Positions 19,101 through 28,098 of a stretch of 64,000 nucleotides of DNA are shown piece after piece. This DNA comes from a virus (Duplodnaviria; Caudoviricetes), in IMG/VR virus record IMGVR_UViG_3300021255_002065, positions 64,001 to 128,000 of that record; one strand, written 5' to 3'. The position numbers and the translations under genes are program-made. The notes under the pieces are model-generated. The model did no database searches and was not told where the DNA came from. It was given only the letters and a program-made list of their open reading frames with translations. Position 1 is the stretch's first letter. Each line of letters opens with the position of its first letter.

Positions 19101-22100
19101 TAATAAGCTTGATTATTACCAATCGACAATTTTGTCAATGACTCAATCGATTCCAATGTCGGAACAACATCTGTTTTGAATGATGCATACATCGGAATGA
19201 ATACCTTAGATGCCATCATCATTTGTTTATTGATATGCTTGGTTACATTACCCAACATCATTTCTTGATATGCATTACTATTTTCCATCGACGGTTCTAC
19301 TGTTTCTTCTTGAACAGTTCTCGTCTTGTGTAATTCATTCCAAATCGCTTCTAAGAATGGACCAAATGTTTCGATTGGATTATATCGCTGATCCTCACTA
19401 TAGGTATCACCAGAACCACGGATAGAATCCATCGTACCACCAGTTGATGGAATAGGTGTTGCAATCGCATTCGATTGATCGGATTTCAATCCAGAAGCGG
19501 ATGCATCAGATTTGGTTTCTTTATTTTTACCAGTCAATGCACCAACCGACGAATCAATTTGTTCTTTTGCACCTTCTAGTGTTTCTTCTGAAGCATTAAA
19601 CATATCTGTTCCTGCTTGTTTAATCTTCTTACCGGCACTTCCCGTAAATGGCATTAAATCTATAACAGTACCAATACCTTCTAAGATTTTACCGAGAACC
19701 ATTTGTAGACCGCCAATTGCACCTTGTATGCCCCCTGCGATAATACCGAGAATATTTGCAACCTTTGTCAAGAGCCATGTCGCACCATCAATGAATTTTC
19801 CCAATGGTCCATCTGTCACATACCAATTGATCAACATTGTTGTCAGATTTAATAATGGATTGAGAATTGGCATTAATGCACCTATCAAAGAACCGACAGC
19901 TTGCAAAATAGGAGTTAATACTCCTTCTAATATATCACCGATGGATTCTACAATCGTTCCAATTGCTGTTAAAACAGGTCCGACAACATCCATGACAAGA
20001 TCCAATATCATGTTAATTGGTCCAACCAGCACATCGATTAATCCTGTTAGCACATTTAAAATGGGATCAAGTGCTCCTATGATTCCACCTAATAAATCAC
20101 CAACTAGATCAACCAATACATTTAGCACTGGCATTAACGAATCCACTAATTTAACAACTAAATTTGCAATATATTTAATGGAGTCACCGACGGCTTTTAA
20201 TAGCTTCTTAATGGTTCCTGTCAACTTCTTAAATGCTTTATTCAATGGCTTAACCGCAGTTGTCAATGTTTTTTGTACAAGATCCATGATGGCTTTCACA
20301 GCAGTTAATGATGCAATCGCAGTCAATATCATTTTACCGAAACCCTTTAAGATACTGCCGATTCCTTTTACAACCCTCAGTATACCTCCCAATGCTCCGA
20401 CGCCTCCGGACGCAGGTGCACCAATTGTTGGATCACTTGTTGTGGTTCCGTCTTCAGAATCACCTTTCTTCTTAAAGAATTTATTTTTGATATTTGAGAA
20501 GAAGCCGCCACCAGACCCTCCATTTGTGCCTGCTTTCACACCTTCTTTGGAACCCTTTTCGGAACCTTCACGTGTACCTTTCTCTGCAGCTTTTGCTAAT
20601 GCTTTTGCTTCTTTTTCAGCTCGTTTCTGTGCACGTCTCTCTTCTTTCTGTGCCTTCTTTGCTTCTGCACGTTTCTCACGTTCTTCTTTACGTTTTTCAC
20701 GTTCCTCTTGTGTTCCCCAGATTTGTGTCCATCCTTTTTTCACATCATTCATACCGGATTTCATTCCCTTTTTCACCAGATTCAATGCTGGTGTGAGAAC
20801 TTTCTGTCCGATAAATCTAAATGCCGCACCTAATTTCTTTTTAATCCATGCACCAATGACTCCAATTGCCGGAAGAATGTATTTGGAAATCGCACTACCG
20901 AGAGGGGATTTACTAAGAGCACCGTTCACTTTGTTCTTGATACTATTCTTCATGTTAGTACCCCACATGGTGAACATCTGGCTCAGTTTGTTACCCAATC
21001 CTTTATTCTTCATTTGAGAGGTGATACGTTTTAAGAATGGCAAATCACTTGCGAGATCACCATCTGAAGCTTGTGTTTGTGCCATCTTTGTTGCAGTATC
21101 AGAAATGATTTCATCTTCTTTGGAAGTTTCTTCTCCTGCTTTTTTGTCATCACCACGACCATAGATGTTATTTAAGATAGAAGGAATATTACCACTACCT
21201 GTTGTATTTTTCACATTAAGATGGTTAATAGCACTGATGATGCCTTCCAGTTTTCCAAACAAATTTGTTTCGAAATCCGCACTAATACCAGCAGTTTCTG
21301 TTTTGGAAACCTTGGTTGCATTAGACATCTTGGTTGCATCAATGTCTTCACGAATGATACCTGCTTTCGCCCTTTTGTCCTTTTCAACAATCTCGACATC
21401 TTTCTGCTGTTCTTCATTCTTCTTCAAGTTTTTGTCGGCTAGTTCTCCAGCCCAATCATTTGGATCTTTTACACTACCTCTCTTCAATTTACTTTTATTT
21501 GCTTCTTCATATTTTTTTTCTTGCTCTTTATATTCGTCCGTCTCTTTGATTCTAGCTATTTCAGCATCACGTCGTTCATTTATGTTAGTTTGTGCAGTTC
21601 TGACTTGAGCATTGTTTTTAAAAGAATTTATGATGTCTTCTTTCGTGAGGTTCTTACTTGCACGACCCATGGCTGCATCGTCATTTTTTCGTTTTATATC
21701 AGCTTCGGTTGCTGATTGTAATATTTTAAATACATCCGCCATGAATGTTCCCGGTGTTTCTGTAGACCCTGTAAAAATATTTGCTCCAGATTCTGGATTA
21801 TTAATGGCTAACCTTAATGAATTGAACCATGTATTGAAATCATCATCACCAGCCAATCCAAAATCCGGATTGGATGTGCATATAGATTTTATTGTTTCCC
21901 AATCAAAAATTTGTTGGAATTCAGTTGCATTTTTTACTTCAATCGGATCACCCATATATCTGATTAAAACTGCCGATGAGAATGCTTCCTGATAGTTCAG
22001 TGCCTTCGTCTTTATACGATGCTGCAGTTCAGATTCGATTTGCTGTCTCTTTTTCTCTCGCATTTGTTTTTTTGCTGTTACATCAAATGCTTTCCTTGTA

Positions 22101-23545
22101 TATGTTTGACCATTATTTGAAGCTTCTTGTTCCAATTTGGTTTGTTCCTCATTCCATGCGGCTTCGAGATCAGTATCATTTATTTTTCCAGCTTCTACAC
22201 CAGATCTCTTTTTCAAATCCTTATTGATATTGGCTTGATGATCTGTGCTATTAATCGCGGTAATATTAGAACTTAAGGCAGCATCTAATACACGTTCTTG
22301 TGAATTACGAGAACCATGTTGTGAAACATGACCATTCGCATGATCCCAAGCAACCCCTGTCATGGATTGTGCAATGACTTTCAAATATCCAGGAATGATT
22401 TCTGTGATGGATTGTCTGGTGATACCATCAAAGACAGCTTTGTCTCTGTTATATTCATTCTTGATTTCAGCTTGATATTCACCAACTGTACTAGATTTCA
22501 ATGTTAATCCTTTATTTAATGCTTCGGATAACATATCGCCGAAAAATGGAATCTTGCCCAATGCATCATTGAGTTTCTTATTTCCACCTAATAGCACATT
22601 GGAGATTGCATCACCAATCATATTATTGAAGCTGCTTCCAATTGTATTGAGTGAATTATTTGCAAACTTTTCAGAAAAATTGGTTTGTTTACCACCAATC
22701 AATTCTGTAAGAAAGTCGATACCACTACCAACAGCTGCTCCAACTTTACCAGTCTTCTTATCCTTTGTATCACTCAATAACATACTGATGATACCTGCTG
22801 GTGTTAATGCATCTTTTCCCATCGATAACATCTGTGCAACGATATTGTTTGTTGCAGCATCTTTCACATTGGATTTCATTTGGTTAAACCATGAACCCAA
22901 TGTCACACGTCCATGTGAATCAATTGCCGATTGATTCTGTGCTTTCATTTGTTCTTCTTCAATTTGTGTTTGGGTTTGTAATAACTTACCCAATGCATCA
23001 ATCTTTTCACCAATACCAATGATGGATTTGTTCATATTGTTTAATGATGTTACAATTTCACTTGCACGACCATCGATATGGGATACGATCTCAGCAGCAT
23101 TGATCATGGATGCTTCTGCTTGTTTTGCACCAATTTGGTACATTGCATTCACTTGTCCACGAGCAATGTCTTTCATGCTTTCTTCATCCGCAATTTTCGA
23201 ACTCGGAGATTCTTGTTCTCCGTCACCATCACCTTCACCAACTTGGAAACCGGCATCAAAATCAGAATCATTACCTCCGTTCAACAAACCATATTCATCA
23301 GATTCATCAGAACGTTGCATGAACCAATCTAATGCTTTCTTACCACCATTTTGTTTGATATCCGCAACAATATCAACTACTTTGGATTTTCCTTGGGTTA
23401 ATTGGTCACCGACTTCTTTTGCATCATTGATAAAGGTTGTGATGTTTTCAGTATAATCACTAAAATAATCCTTAGCAACTTCTTTACCAATATAAAGAAT
23501 CTGTCCGGGAATATTCGGAATGAAACTACTACCTTTTTTTGCCAT
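13169..23545 (-). CDS. Tape-measure/tail-associated lysin polyprotein (C39-like peptidase, M23 peptidase, tail lysozyme, NlpC/P60-like, Amidase_2)
   Basis: 3458 aa; amphipathic helical repeat region about 19500-20400; GCGP..HY..NP (C39-like); HQGVD..YAHM..HVH (M23); AGVMGNLSAES..GIAQW (tail lysozyme); DCTG..GDI..GH (NlpC/P60-like); WHT..TIE..HR..CPG (amidase). Confidence 0.85.
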   Translation of the reverse strand: MAKKGSSFIPNIPGQILYIGKEVAKDYFSDYTENITTFINDAKEVGDQLTQGKSKVVDIVADIKQNGGKKALDWFMQRSDESDEYGLLNGGNDSDFDAGFQVGEGDGDGEQESPSSKIADEESMKDIARGQVNAMYQIGAKQAEASMINAAEIVSHIDGRASEIVTSLNNMNKSIIGIGEKIDALGKLLQTQTQIEEEQMKAQNQSAIDSHGRVTLGSWFNQMKSNVKDAATNNIVAQMLSMGKDALTPAGIISMLLSDTKDKKTGKVGAAVGSGIDFLTELIGGKQTNFSEKFANNSLNTIGSSFNNMIGDAISNVLLGGNKKLNDALGKIPFFGDMLSEALNKGLTLKSSTVGEYQAEIKNEYNRDKAVFDGITRQSITEIIPGYLKVIAQSMTGVAWDHANGHVSQHGSRNSQERVLDAALSSNITAINSTDHQANINKDLKKRSGVEAGKINDTDLEAAWNEEQTKLEQEASNNGQTYTRKAFDVTAKKQMREKKRQQIESELQHRIKTKALNYQEAFSSAVLIRYMGDPIEVKNATEFQQIFDWETIKSICTSNPDFGLAGDDDFNTWFNSLRLAINNPESGANIFTGSTETPGTFMADVFKILQSATEADIKRKNDDAAMGRASKNLTKEDIINSFKNNAQVRTAQTNINERRDAEIARIKETDEYKEQEKKYEEANKSKLKRGSVKDPNDWAGELADKNLKKNEEQQKDVEIVEKDKRAKAGIIREDIDATKMSNATKVSKTETAGISADFETNLFGKLEGIISAINHLNVKNTTGSGNIPSILNNIYGRGDDKKAGEETSKEDEIISDTATKMAQTQASDGDLASDLPFLKRITSQMKNKGLGNKLSQMFTMWGTNMKNSIKNKVNGALSKSPLGSAISKYILPAIGVIGAWIKKKLGAAFRFIGQKVLTPALNLVKKGMKSGMNDVKKGWTQIWGTQEEREKRKEEREKRAEAKKAQKEERRAQKRAEKEAKALAKAAEKGTREGSEKGSKEGVKAGTNGGSGGGFFSNIKNKFFKKKGDSEDGTTTSDPTIGAPASGGVGALGGILRVVKGIGSILKGFGKMILTAIASLTAVKAIMDLVQKTLTTAVKPLNKAFKKLTGTIKKLLKAVGDSIKYIANLVVKLVDSLMPVLNVLVDLVGDLLGGIIGALDPILNVLTGLIDVLVGPINMILDLVMDVVGPVLTAIGTIVESIGDILEGVLTPILQAVGSLIGALMPILNPLLNLTTMLINWYVTDGPLGKFIDGATWLLTKVANILGIIAGGIQGAIGGLQMVLGKILEGIGTVIDLMPFTGSAGKKIKQAGTDMFNASEETLEGAKEQIDSSVGALTGKNKETKSDASASGLKSDQSNAIATPIPSTGGTMDSIRGSGDTYSEDQRYNPIETFGPFLEAIWNELHKTRTVQEETVEPSMENSNAYQEMMLGNVTKHINKQMMMASKVFIPMYASFKTDVVPTLESIESLTKLSIGNNQAYYGQQLAADALQLVAAGSTAAGAALFQTSIGLSASGMAYQAEGVTSKANQVSYLTTGQPFYISSLYPDATDTTTSSEIAEDNTPVANETSNDPTNNTNTNTTVTIPTIPVTTTSASGYRDYFGSGDSQGRYGSYLNMSQRGCGPVALADAANRRGGNVNAGALASSMASSGSYSSSRGTSVGGFIDTAASMGMGYQVGGVTSQSLNRATPNNPVTLVGSGAGFGTRSGNTHYINVVGTDHAGGAYVSNPLSGRVERRSANELASSSVVGLYGSGDVRGANAAWYHLYGAGPSGYYTFTKTTTKHFYDELTSDEKTVIDNMWNQSDPVSWKGDKWNWLASQLNDAKITASNINQVLPAIKAWLKNKRAEFVLNTLNRNKYGQVEDPREVETAKTAAIQSIYSHNKVTITAATAKAQLTAARRRVLEPLYQQYLAMYMQQNPSSNPPSIEEFFANSASEALEALYKDYVQDYMSKNPSSQPPTFDSWYSNSKNWSWSKIFNKIKDANPLLQNLESGTSGNSEIADTAGTAGSLGTTSGTTSITAPPGGSTGYISTEQKLSADANPSVIPKIEGDSFSERIKNAMSGLTGIFSNILKMFSANEDSEVEESVKEAEEKRVEKVIREAVGNEEYERYASQAYELLRQNNPKAATETDEHYEARIKSMWENESIKRKYLNAVAKNNANIMNAMKVNGMVDASEGSMSSIYGEYDAETGTWSGGMLNAALGQGGGIVESSYNDPYAGKFVSDGGAVMWTDAYQPTIFDTDITEDGGTTLSKSPVHEFFWQTSGASDTTGATQYAFSQNGGWYTRRSTPDKTGTGSTDESHQGVDILTYPASTMQAGKSELHAITGGKVIDVRYANEGNANSPYDQTSDSGWGNSVQFEDAAGYFHRYAHMRDKPTVNIGDTITPGQLLGVIGSTGKSTGEHVHYQINPPGHGNEDGSWVNPLTYFKYHQPTASAGAVQGEIPFEGSLESGNTWDVYAKKYADEWPAFIQKGAAAGMTPAEIATIISTGIWEDGAKKLVGTKSLTATTYDGSGQRAEGIMNWVESGVAANSVEEQLKYIKDRYWRMTPMDGKTTSGTYRNDIVKKGGESVFKETTGRAGFTLSPGDRYADKLNTDLIEGSTYFYQGDLQPPKVYTTKGLAENVGTAVGVYNWLLRNGYAVAPSSYETNAQTNYAENAAQIGTGTGGPDAYSTYSNQDTNMGIIWNYLRNNLGYSEMAAAGVMGNLSAESGYYPMAVYVQGGSDHSQPDSFNRDLVDKFDSTHSWPLGTNDPYGIAQWLGGRRTNMLSKATSDGKSIADLPMQLEFMKSELENSEKKAHSAMQNVGSVQAASDTWMDKFERCNGQAQSKRRERAQQAYERFKGTNGGMVDVNGGQFGANVTTDLASSPWINTLNRVIHQTDVEGHHDYNMSKTVPITLDGKTLHGRIDCTGMYQYAFDYLGYDTNNISASGLRNRAEKGMQYPVTKDGQETQDFEAIPWENVGKEGVQPGDILVHPDYGAGTGHGEIGYGMIDGKLKGWNYGSTDAIKITQSVANRILNGESISTVMNDADTLGGKYNYVIRPNNSLVAGTINAGSTNAGGILGYQVGKHPTAVNWAAKTYGYTGIARNSGQGKGFSSYAFGSIGGIANYVDANKYSQSATSASGTNVNSTGSLTTSSGTSGFTNSSLADPSYLITERKGEKDMHSGPRPGPITKMTWHTWANSNGDTLDDLKKTFAGTSGDVAKTNPNGRSGVSATYGVDGSGKIGLFVDESNVPNTSSSPDNDEKAVTIEIANKPEAYARYKKNHDNSWEISDAAMESAKQLTVDVAKRNGIKKFEYTGDPSGSWTYHRMFTDKSCPGDYIVGKTSSILEDINNRIAGSGDEIPIPPIDQSKIMQTVGTNDLSNLMIDANELPRASTTNVIVTKSSKAEDEMIDRMMNHTYNVRAEQVEILLQQILDKMDNLSSKQQTTTPKQTPQNAFPDNNIPKQIQRLAKGV

Positions 23546-23584
23546 ATATCATCGGCACCTCCTTTAAGATATTTTATAATATAG

Positions 23585-23609
23585 ATACAGCGGGCATTGC
23601 CCGCTGTAT
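23585..23609. terminator. Palindromic hairpin
   Basis: ATACAGCGGGCA-T-TGCCCGCTGTAT. Confidence 0.6.
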
Positions 23610-23620
23610 GACGATTATCA

Positions 23621-26176
23621 TTAATAAGTTGGAACATTAAATGGCATATTGAAGCCCTGTGTGTCATTTGAATGCCTCATTCGATCAATGCGCGCTTTAT
23701 TTTCTTGATCAAATCCTTGGTCGATTTTGGTTTTAATCTGAGAACCGATATTTCGTGCTGTTTGATTAATATCGGATGCAAGATCAGAGCCAGCATTAGA
23801 GCTAAGATATTGACCTGTGTCTCGGAATCTTTGCCCAATATTTTGTTGCACAAGACCATTTCCATTGTCAGCTTGTGCAATCTTCATTGTTGCCATATTT
23901 GCTCTGAAATTACTTTCATCTTGATTAGCTCTCTGATTTAATTCATCTCGTGCATTTTGAACACCTTGTGCTGTATTTGACATCATATCTTTAAATGCAT
24001 CCTTAGTACTCTTCTGACCAGCTCCAACTGTAACAAATGTCGTTTTGATTGGTGGTTCTTTACCCTTGTTATTAGGATCCGCTCTCCAATTATCCATCAT
24101 TTGTTTCTCTTCAGGTGTCATTTCAACTGGAACTTCTTCACCCATTTGATTCTGAACAAGTTTCATTTCTACTTTATCACCACGAGTTTCAGATACAAAT
24201 GCTTCCCAAGACTGAATAAAGCCATTTAAAACATTGGAGACAAAGGATGTACACCATATTGTTAGTGAATTTAGACCTATCATCGTTGGTATGAGAAGTT
24301 TAGATTTACCAATAAATCCAACTGCCAATCGTGTCCACATACTATGTCTTTGTTCTAACTTAACACCTGCTTTTTTGTCAGAATTAATTTTAAAACCAAT
24401 CTTCTCACCATTCTCATTTGTTGAAGTTTTCATTACACCACCAGAGAGATCCATTCCGCCTTGTGTGGTTCTCTCTACAGTTCCAAGATTCTGAGTTCCT
24501 GACAATAGATCAACCATGTTACTTGCAAATGTATCCGGTTTGGAAAATGCATCATCGATTTTATTGATTATCATTTGTAAATTTCCCAACAATCGATTTT
24601 CATTAACACCAGCGTACACTTTCGTTTGTAACACAGCCATTAGTGTGTTTGTCGGATTGGTATTTTCACCATTTTGATCCATTCCACGGAAAAAGTTGTC
24701 CAGATTGTTTAAAGCATTTTCTGCTTCTTCTATATCTTTAGAACCATTTACCTGTATTGCTTGATCAATTACGGCATTACAAGTTTCTGCTGCAGAACAA
24801 AATACATCAGCAATGTTCTTCAATGATTTCGCACAAACATTAACAACAGCTGTGGCTGCATTATCATTATTATCCGGCGCTTTCATTCTGCGATATGTTT
24901 TTGTAATAAGATCCAAAATAATCCAGAGCCATGGTAATGATGTAACTGCACTTGTTCCAGGAATATGTCCACCAAGCAAATCATTCATGCCTGCAAATAC
25001 CTTTTGGATCGGTTCAGGTATCGGGAGACCGAAAAGTGTTAATGGTGGTCCGATCACAAATATCTGATCCACAGGAATTGTAGATGTACCATCTTTTGTT
25101 TTTGATAATTCTTGGATAAATTGACCAAGATTGTCAATTTCAGCACCATGCATCTTTAGATTCTTCATAATGTCAAGCCATCTGATATTCGTTGTTTGAT
25201 AAGCGAAGCTGCCTTTTGCACCAACTTCATTATCCATGCTTCTCGTGCCATCCATCACATAATCACCAAGATTGCTGACATTTAACACACTCAGCGACTC
25301 CATCAATCCGATAAATCCCTTTCCTGTGTCCGGAAGGGGGATAACTCCCATGTGCTTTTCAGTAATCTTTCCGATAATAAATTTGGCAGCATCTAATACA
25401 CCTTCTTGGACAACTTCATCACCCGACTCTTGTACGACCATCTCATTTGGTTCTGTATATTTTATAAATGCCGCTTGCTGAACTGTTGGTGCACTATTGG
25501 AATTTGCACTTTCATTTGCAAATGCTTCCAATCCCTCAATCAAATCTGGATGTTCATCGCCAGCCTTTTCAATCGCAGCTTCATTCTTTTGCTCAATTGC
25601 AACAGATGTTTTATCCATAATCCTTCCCATTAATTTGGAAATTCCTTGTGCAATATCATGAATCAATTTTTTTACAAAATCAACGAATTTCTGCCAATTC
25701 GTTTTTGGAACCTCACCATTCTGTTCTTGTTGCTGTTGTTGATTTTCGGCTTCGGATTGATTCTCACTCGAGGCAGGTTGCTGATTTTGTGGTTGTTGAT
25801 TTTCTCCAGCATCAGGCTGTTTTACATCTTGTTTTGGTACATTATTGGCATTGGGTTGTTGTACCACAGCAGGTGGTTGTTTTTGTTCAGCAGATGCATC
25901 AGGTGCACTATTTGCAGAAGGAGCTTCTGGTTGTGGTTGAGGTTTAGGTTGTGGCTGAGGTTGAGGTTGTGGTGTTGGATTCGGCTGAGTTTCACCATCT
26001 TCCTTAAAAATAAATGCATCATGATATGGATCTACTTCATATCCATTTTCAAATAGATACGATTCCATTGTGATTTGTTTATCATAAAACATGATCAATT
26101 TTTCAAGAACATCCATCTCCGTGTAAAAAGTCTGAAGTTCTATATCTTCTTTATATATCACATTTTCCACCTTCAA
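23621..26176 (-). CDS. Putative internal head (ejection) protein, propeptide family
   Basis: Leader TEMDVLEKLIMFYDKQITMESY; Q/P linker; amphipathic NWQKFVDFVKKLI; VVQE/S and VVQE/G sites. Confidence 0.6.
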   Translation of the reverse strand: MKVENVIYKEDIELQTFYTEMDVLEKLIMFYDKQITMESYLFENGYEVDPYHDAFIFKEDGETQPNPTPQPQPQPQPKPQPQPEAPSANSAPDASAEQKQPPAVVQQPNANNVPKQDVKQPDAGENQQPQNQQPASSENQSEAENQQQQQEQNGEVPKTNWQKFVDFVKKLIHDIAQGISKLMGRIMDKTSVAIEQKNEAAIEKAGDEHPDLIEGLEAFANESANSNSAPTVQQAAFIKYTEPNEMVVQESGDEVVQEGVLDAAKFIIGKITEKHMGVIPLPDTGKGFIGLMESLSVLNVSNLGDYVMDGTRSMDNEVGAKGSFAYQTTNIRWLDIMKNLKMHGAEIDNLGQFIQELSKTKDGTSTIPVDQIFVIGPPLTLFGLPIPEPIQKVFAGMNDLLGGHIPGTSAVTSLPWLWIILDLITKTYRRMKAPDNNDNAATAVVNVCAKSLKNIADVFCSAAETCNAVIDQAIQVNGSKDIEEAENALNNLDNFFRGMDQNGENTNPTNTLMAVLQTKVYAGVNENRLLGNLQMIINKIDDAFSKPDTFASNMVDLLSGTQNLGTVERTTQGGMDLSGGVMKTSTNENGEKIGFKINSDKKAGVKLEQRHSMWTRLAVGFIGKSKLLIPTMIGLNSLTIWCTSFVSNVLNGFIQSWEAFVSETRGDKVEMKLVQNQMGEEVPVEMTPEEKQMMDNWRADPNNKGKEPPIKTTFVTVGAGQKSTKDAFKDMMSNTAQGVQNARDELNQRANQDESNFRANMATMKIAQADNGNGLVQQNIGQRFRDTGQYLSSNAGSDLASDINQTARNIGSQIKTKIDQGFDQENKARIDRMRHSNDTQGFNMPFNVPTY

Positions 26177-26181
26177 TCATA

Positions 26182-27948
26182 TTATGTTGCATTAGCAGAA
26201 TTGACACCATTCACAACAGTTTGTATTACATCTCCACCAATACGAATAATGTTTATGATATTATTTACAACCGACATGATTCCTTGACCAACCTTGGTTA
26301 ATACACCTAGAATCTTTTGCAACAAACCTTTGCTTTCTTGGTCTTCTTGTATTCCCATTTCTGCACGAGCTTTTTGTGCAATTCCTTGTGCAACTCGAGC
26401 AGATGTCTGCATTCCAAAAATGGGATTGCTTGGATCATTAAACCAATTAACAAGTTGCTCAGACTTCTGTTTTAATTGGGTCAGTAATGGGTTCATGGTT
26501 TGATCATTCATATCTTTTACGAAACGTTCACATTCTGACATTGCTTGATCTTCTTCCGGTGTAATGTTTGAGACTTGCGTTTGTTGTGGAGTTGCAAATA
26601 ATGCGGATGGCTTCACAAATTTCTCATACCACAAATTCATCACACGAATCGTTTGTTCTGATTCTTTATCTTCAACCAATGTGAAGTTTTGTAAGATATT
26701 CTGCAATGATTGTTTGATATCCGGTTTTGGAGCATTTGGATCTGATTTGGGAATACCTTGTTGAAGCAATTGTATTTTTTTGGAAAGTTCTTGGTCACTC
26801 GATTGACAAGCTTTTTCGATCAATTCATATCTTGGAAGCTGTGTGATTTTATTTTTATCACGAGCATCTTTAATTTTGTTACTAACAAAATCCCATAACT
26901 TTCCAGCACCAATACCTGCAAGCAAACCAACACCTGTTAACACAAGACCGCTTCCACCAAGAGCAGTAGCTCCGGCAACCATACCAGCTTTTGCCGCAGT
27001 AGTCGCAACCTTTTTTGCACCATTTTCTACCATACCAAGGGCAGACCTTTTTGCAAGTTCTGCATCTGACAAATTGTCTTGACCAGTTGCAGAAGCCATG
27101 ACATTTTGTCGTGCAATTTCATTACTTGCTGCAGTTCTTGCACCTTTCGCTCCCATGACAGCACCAAATGCAGTTCCCAATTCTTGATAAATTTCATCAA
27201 ATGAACGGAAATCATGTATGGAATAATCCACCTTTGTTTCTTCTCCAGTTGGCACAGTTGAAGATGGTTGATCAGCTACAGGTGTTTCTGTATCCGTTGT
27301 CGGTGGTTGACCACCACCCTGTGTTCCCTTCTTGGCTTCAATCTTTTGTAGCAATGTATCAATCTCTTGATCTGACATATTGTCGACTATATTCGAAAAT
27401 TCCTGTTTGCTTTCAGCAAGTTTTTTGTCAACAATTTTCTCAATACATTTCGTAATCAAATTTGGAATCCACATAAAAATCTTTTTAACAGTATCAATGA
27501 TTTTTTGTAAGAATCCTGGTTCTTGATTATTAGTATTATTTTCAGCATTTTCGTTGGGTTTATCATCATTTGACACAACGGGCTCTTCTCCAGTTTCAGG
27601 TTGCTGATTTTGTGGCTGCTGATTTTCTCCAGCATCAGGTTGTTTTACATCTTGTTTCAGTGCATTATCACCAGATTGTTGTTGTTGTACCACAGCAGGT
27701 GGTTGTTTTTGTTCATCCTGAGATGGAGCACTATTTCCTACCTCAACCTCAGCATCTGTCTGTCCGTTATCAGTTGTAGATGTATTGTCGGGTGGTGGTG
27801 TTTCATCTTCCATGTAGTAACCCATGTTCTCCATGTAAATTCTCATTGACAATTCTTTCTGATAGTATTCACATAACTGAAGAAGTGATTCTGTATCATA
27901 AAATACCTGCACATCATCAATTTCACAAATTACATTACTTAGATTCAT
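26182..27948 (-). CDS. Putative internal head protein, propeptide family
   Basis: AGGAGG RBS before MNLSNV; leader TESLLQLCEYYQKELSM; amphipathic FLQKIIDTVKKIF; glycine-zipper hydrophobic segment. Confidence 0.6.
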   Translation of the reverse strand: MNLSNVICEIDDVQVFYDTESLLQLCEYYQKELSMRIYMENMGYYMEDETPPPDNTSTTDNGQTDAEVEVGNSAPSQDEQKQPPAVVQQQQSGDNALKQDVKQPDAGENQQPQNQQPETGEEPVVSNDDKPNENAENNTNNQEPGFLQKIIDTVKKIFMWIPNLITKCIEKIVDKKLAESKQEFSNIVDNMSDQEIDTLLQKIEAKKGTQGGGQPPTTDTETPVADQPSSTVPTGEETKVDYSIHDFRSFDEIYQELGTAFGAVMGAKGARTAASNEIARQNVMASATGQDNLSDAELAKRSALGMVENGAKKVATTAAKAGMVAGATALGGSGLVLTGVGLLAGIGAGKLWDFVSNKIKDARDKNKITQLPRYELIEKACQSSDQELSKKIQLLQQGIPKSDPNAPKPDIKQSLQNILQNFTLVEDKESEQTIRVMNLWYEKFVKPSALFATPQQTQVSNITPEEDQAMSECERFVKDMNDQTMNPLLTQLKQKSEQLVNWFNDPSNPIFGMQTSARVAQGIAQKARAEMGIQEDQESKGLLQKILGVLTKVGQGIMSVVNNIINIIRIGGDVIQTVVNGVNSANAT

Positions 27949-27949
27949 G

Positions 27950-28078
27950 TCAATCCTCCTTTTCTTTGATTCCATAATCCAATAAACAATATTCTTTGTA
28001 CAAATAGTCCATTTGACTCATCGCAACATCAATCAATCCTTGTTCTTGTTCATATATGATATTATCAAAATAATTCAA
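27950..28078 (-). CDS. 42-aa mini-ORF consisting only of the propeptide-like module
   Basis: GAAAGGG RBS, TTG start; MNYFDNIIYEQEQGLIDVAMSQMDYLYKEYCLLDYGIKEKED*; fills the intergenic gap. Confidence 0.6.
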   Translation of the reverse strand: MNYFDNIIYEQEQGLIDVAMSQMDYLYKEYCLLDYGIKEKED

Positions 28079-28098
28079 TTTCTTTCGCCCTTTCTGTA

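Noticed and set aside
19512-21017. 501-aa plus-strand ORF
   Set aside because: Antisense shadow of the tape measure helical region; no RBS and no independent motifs.
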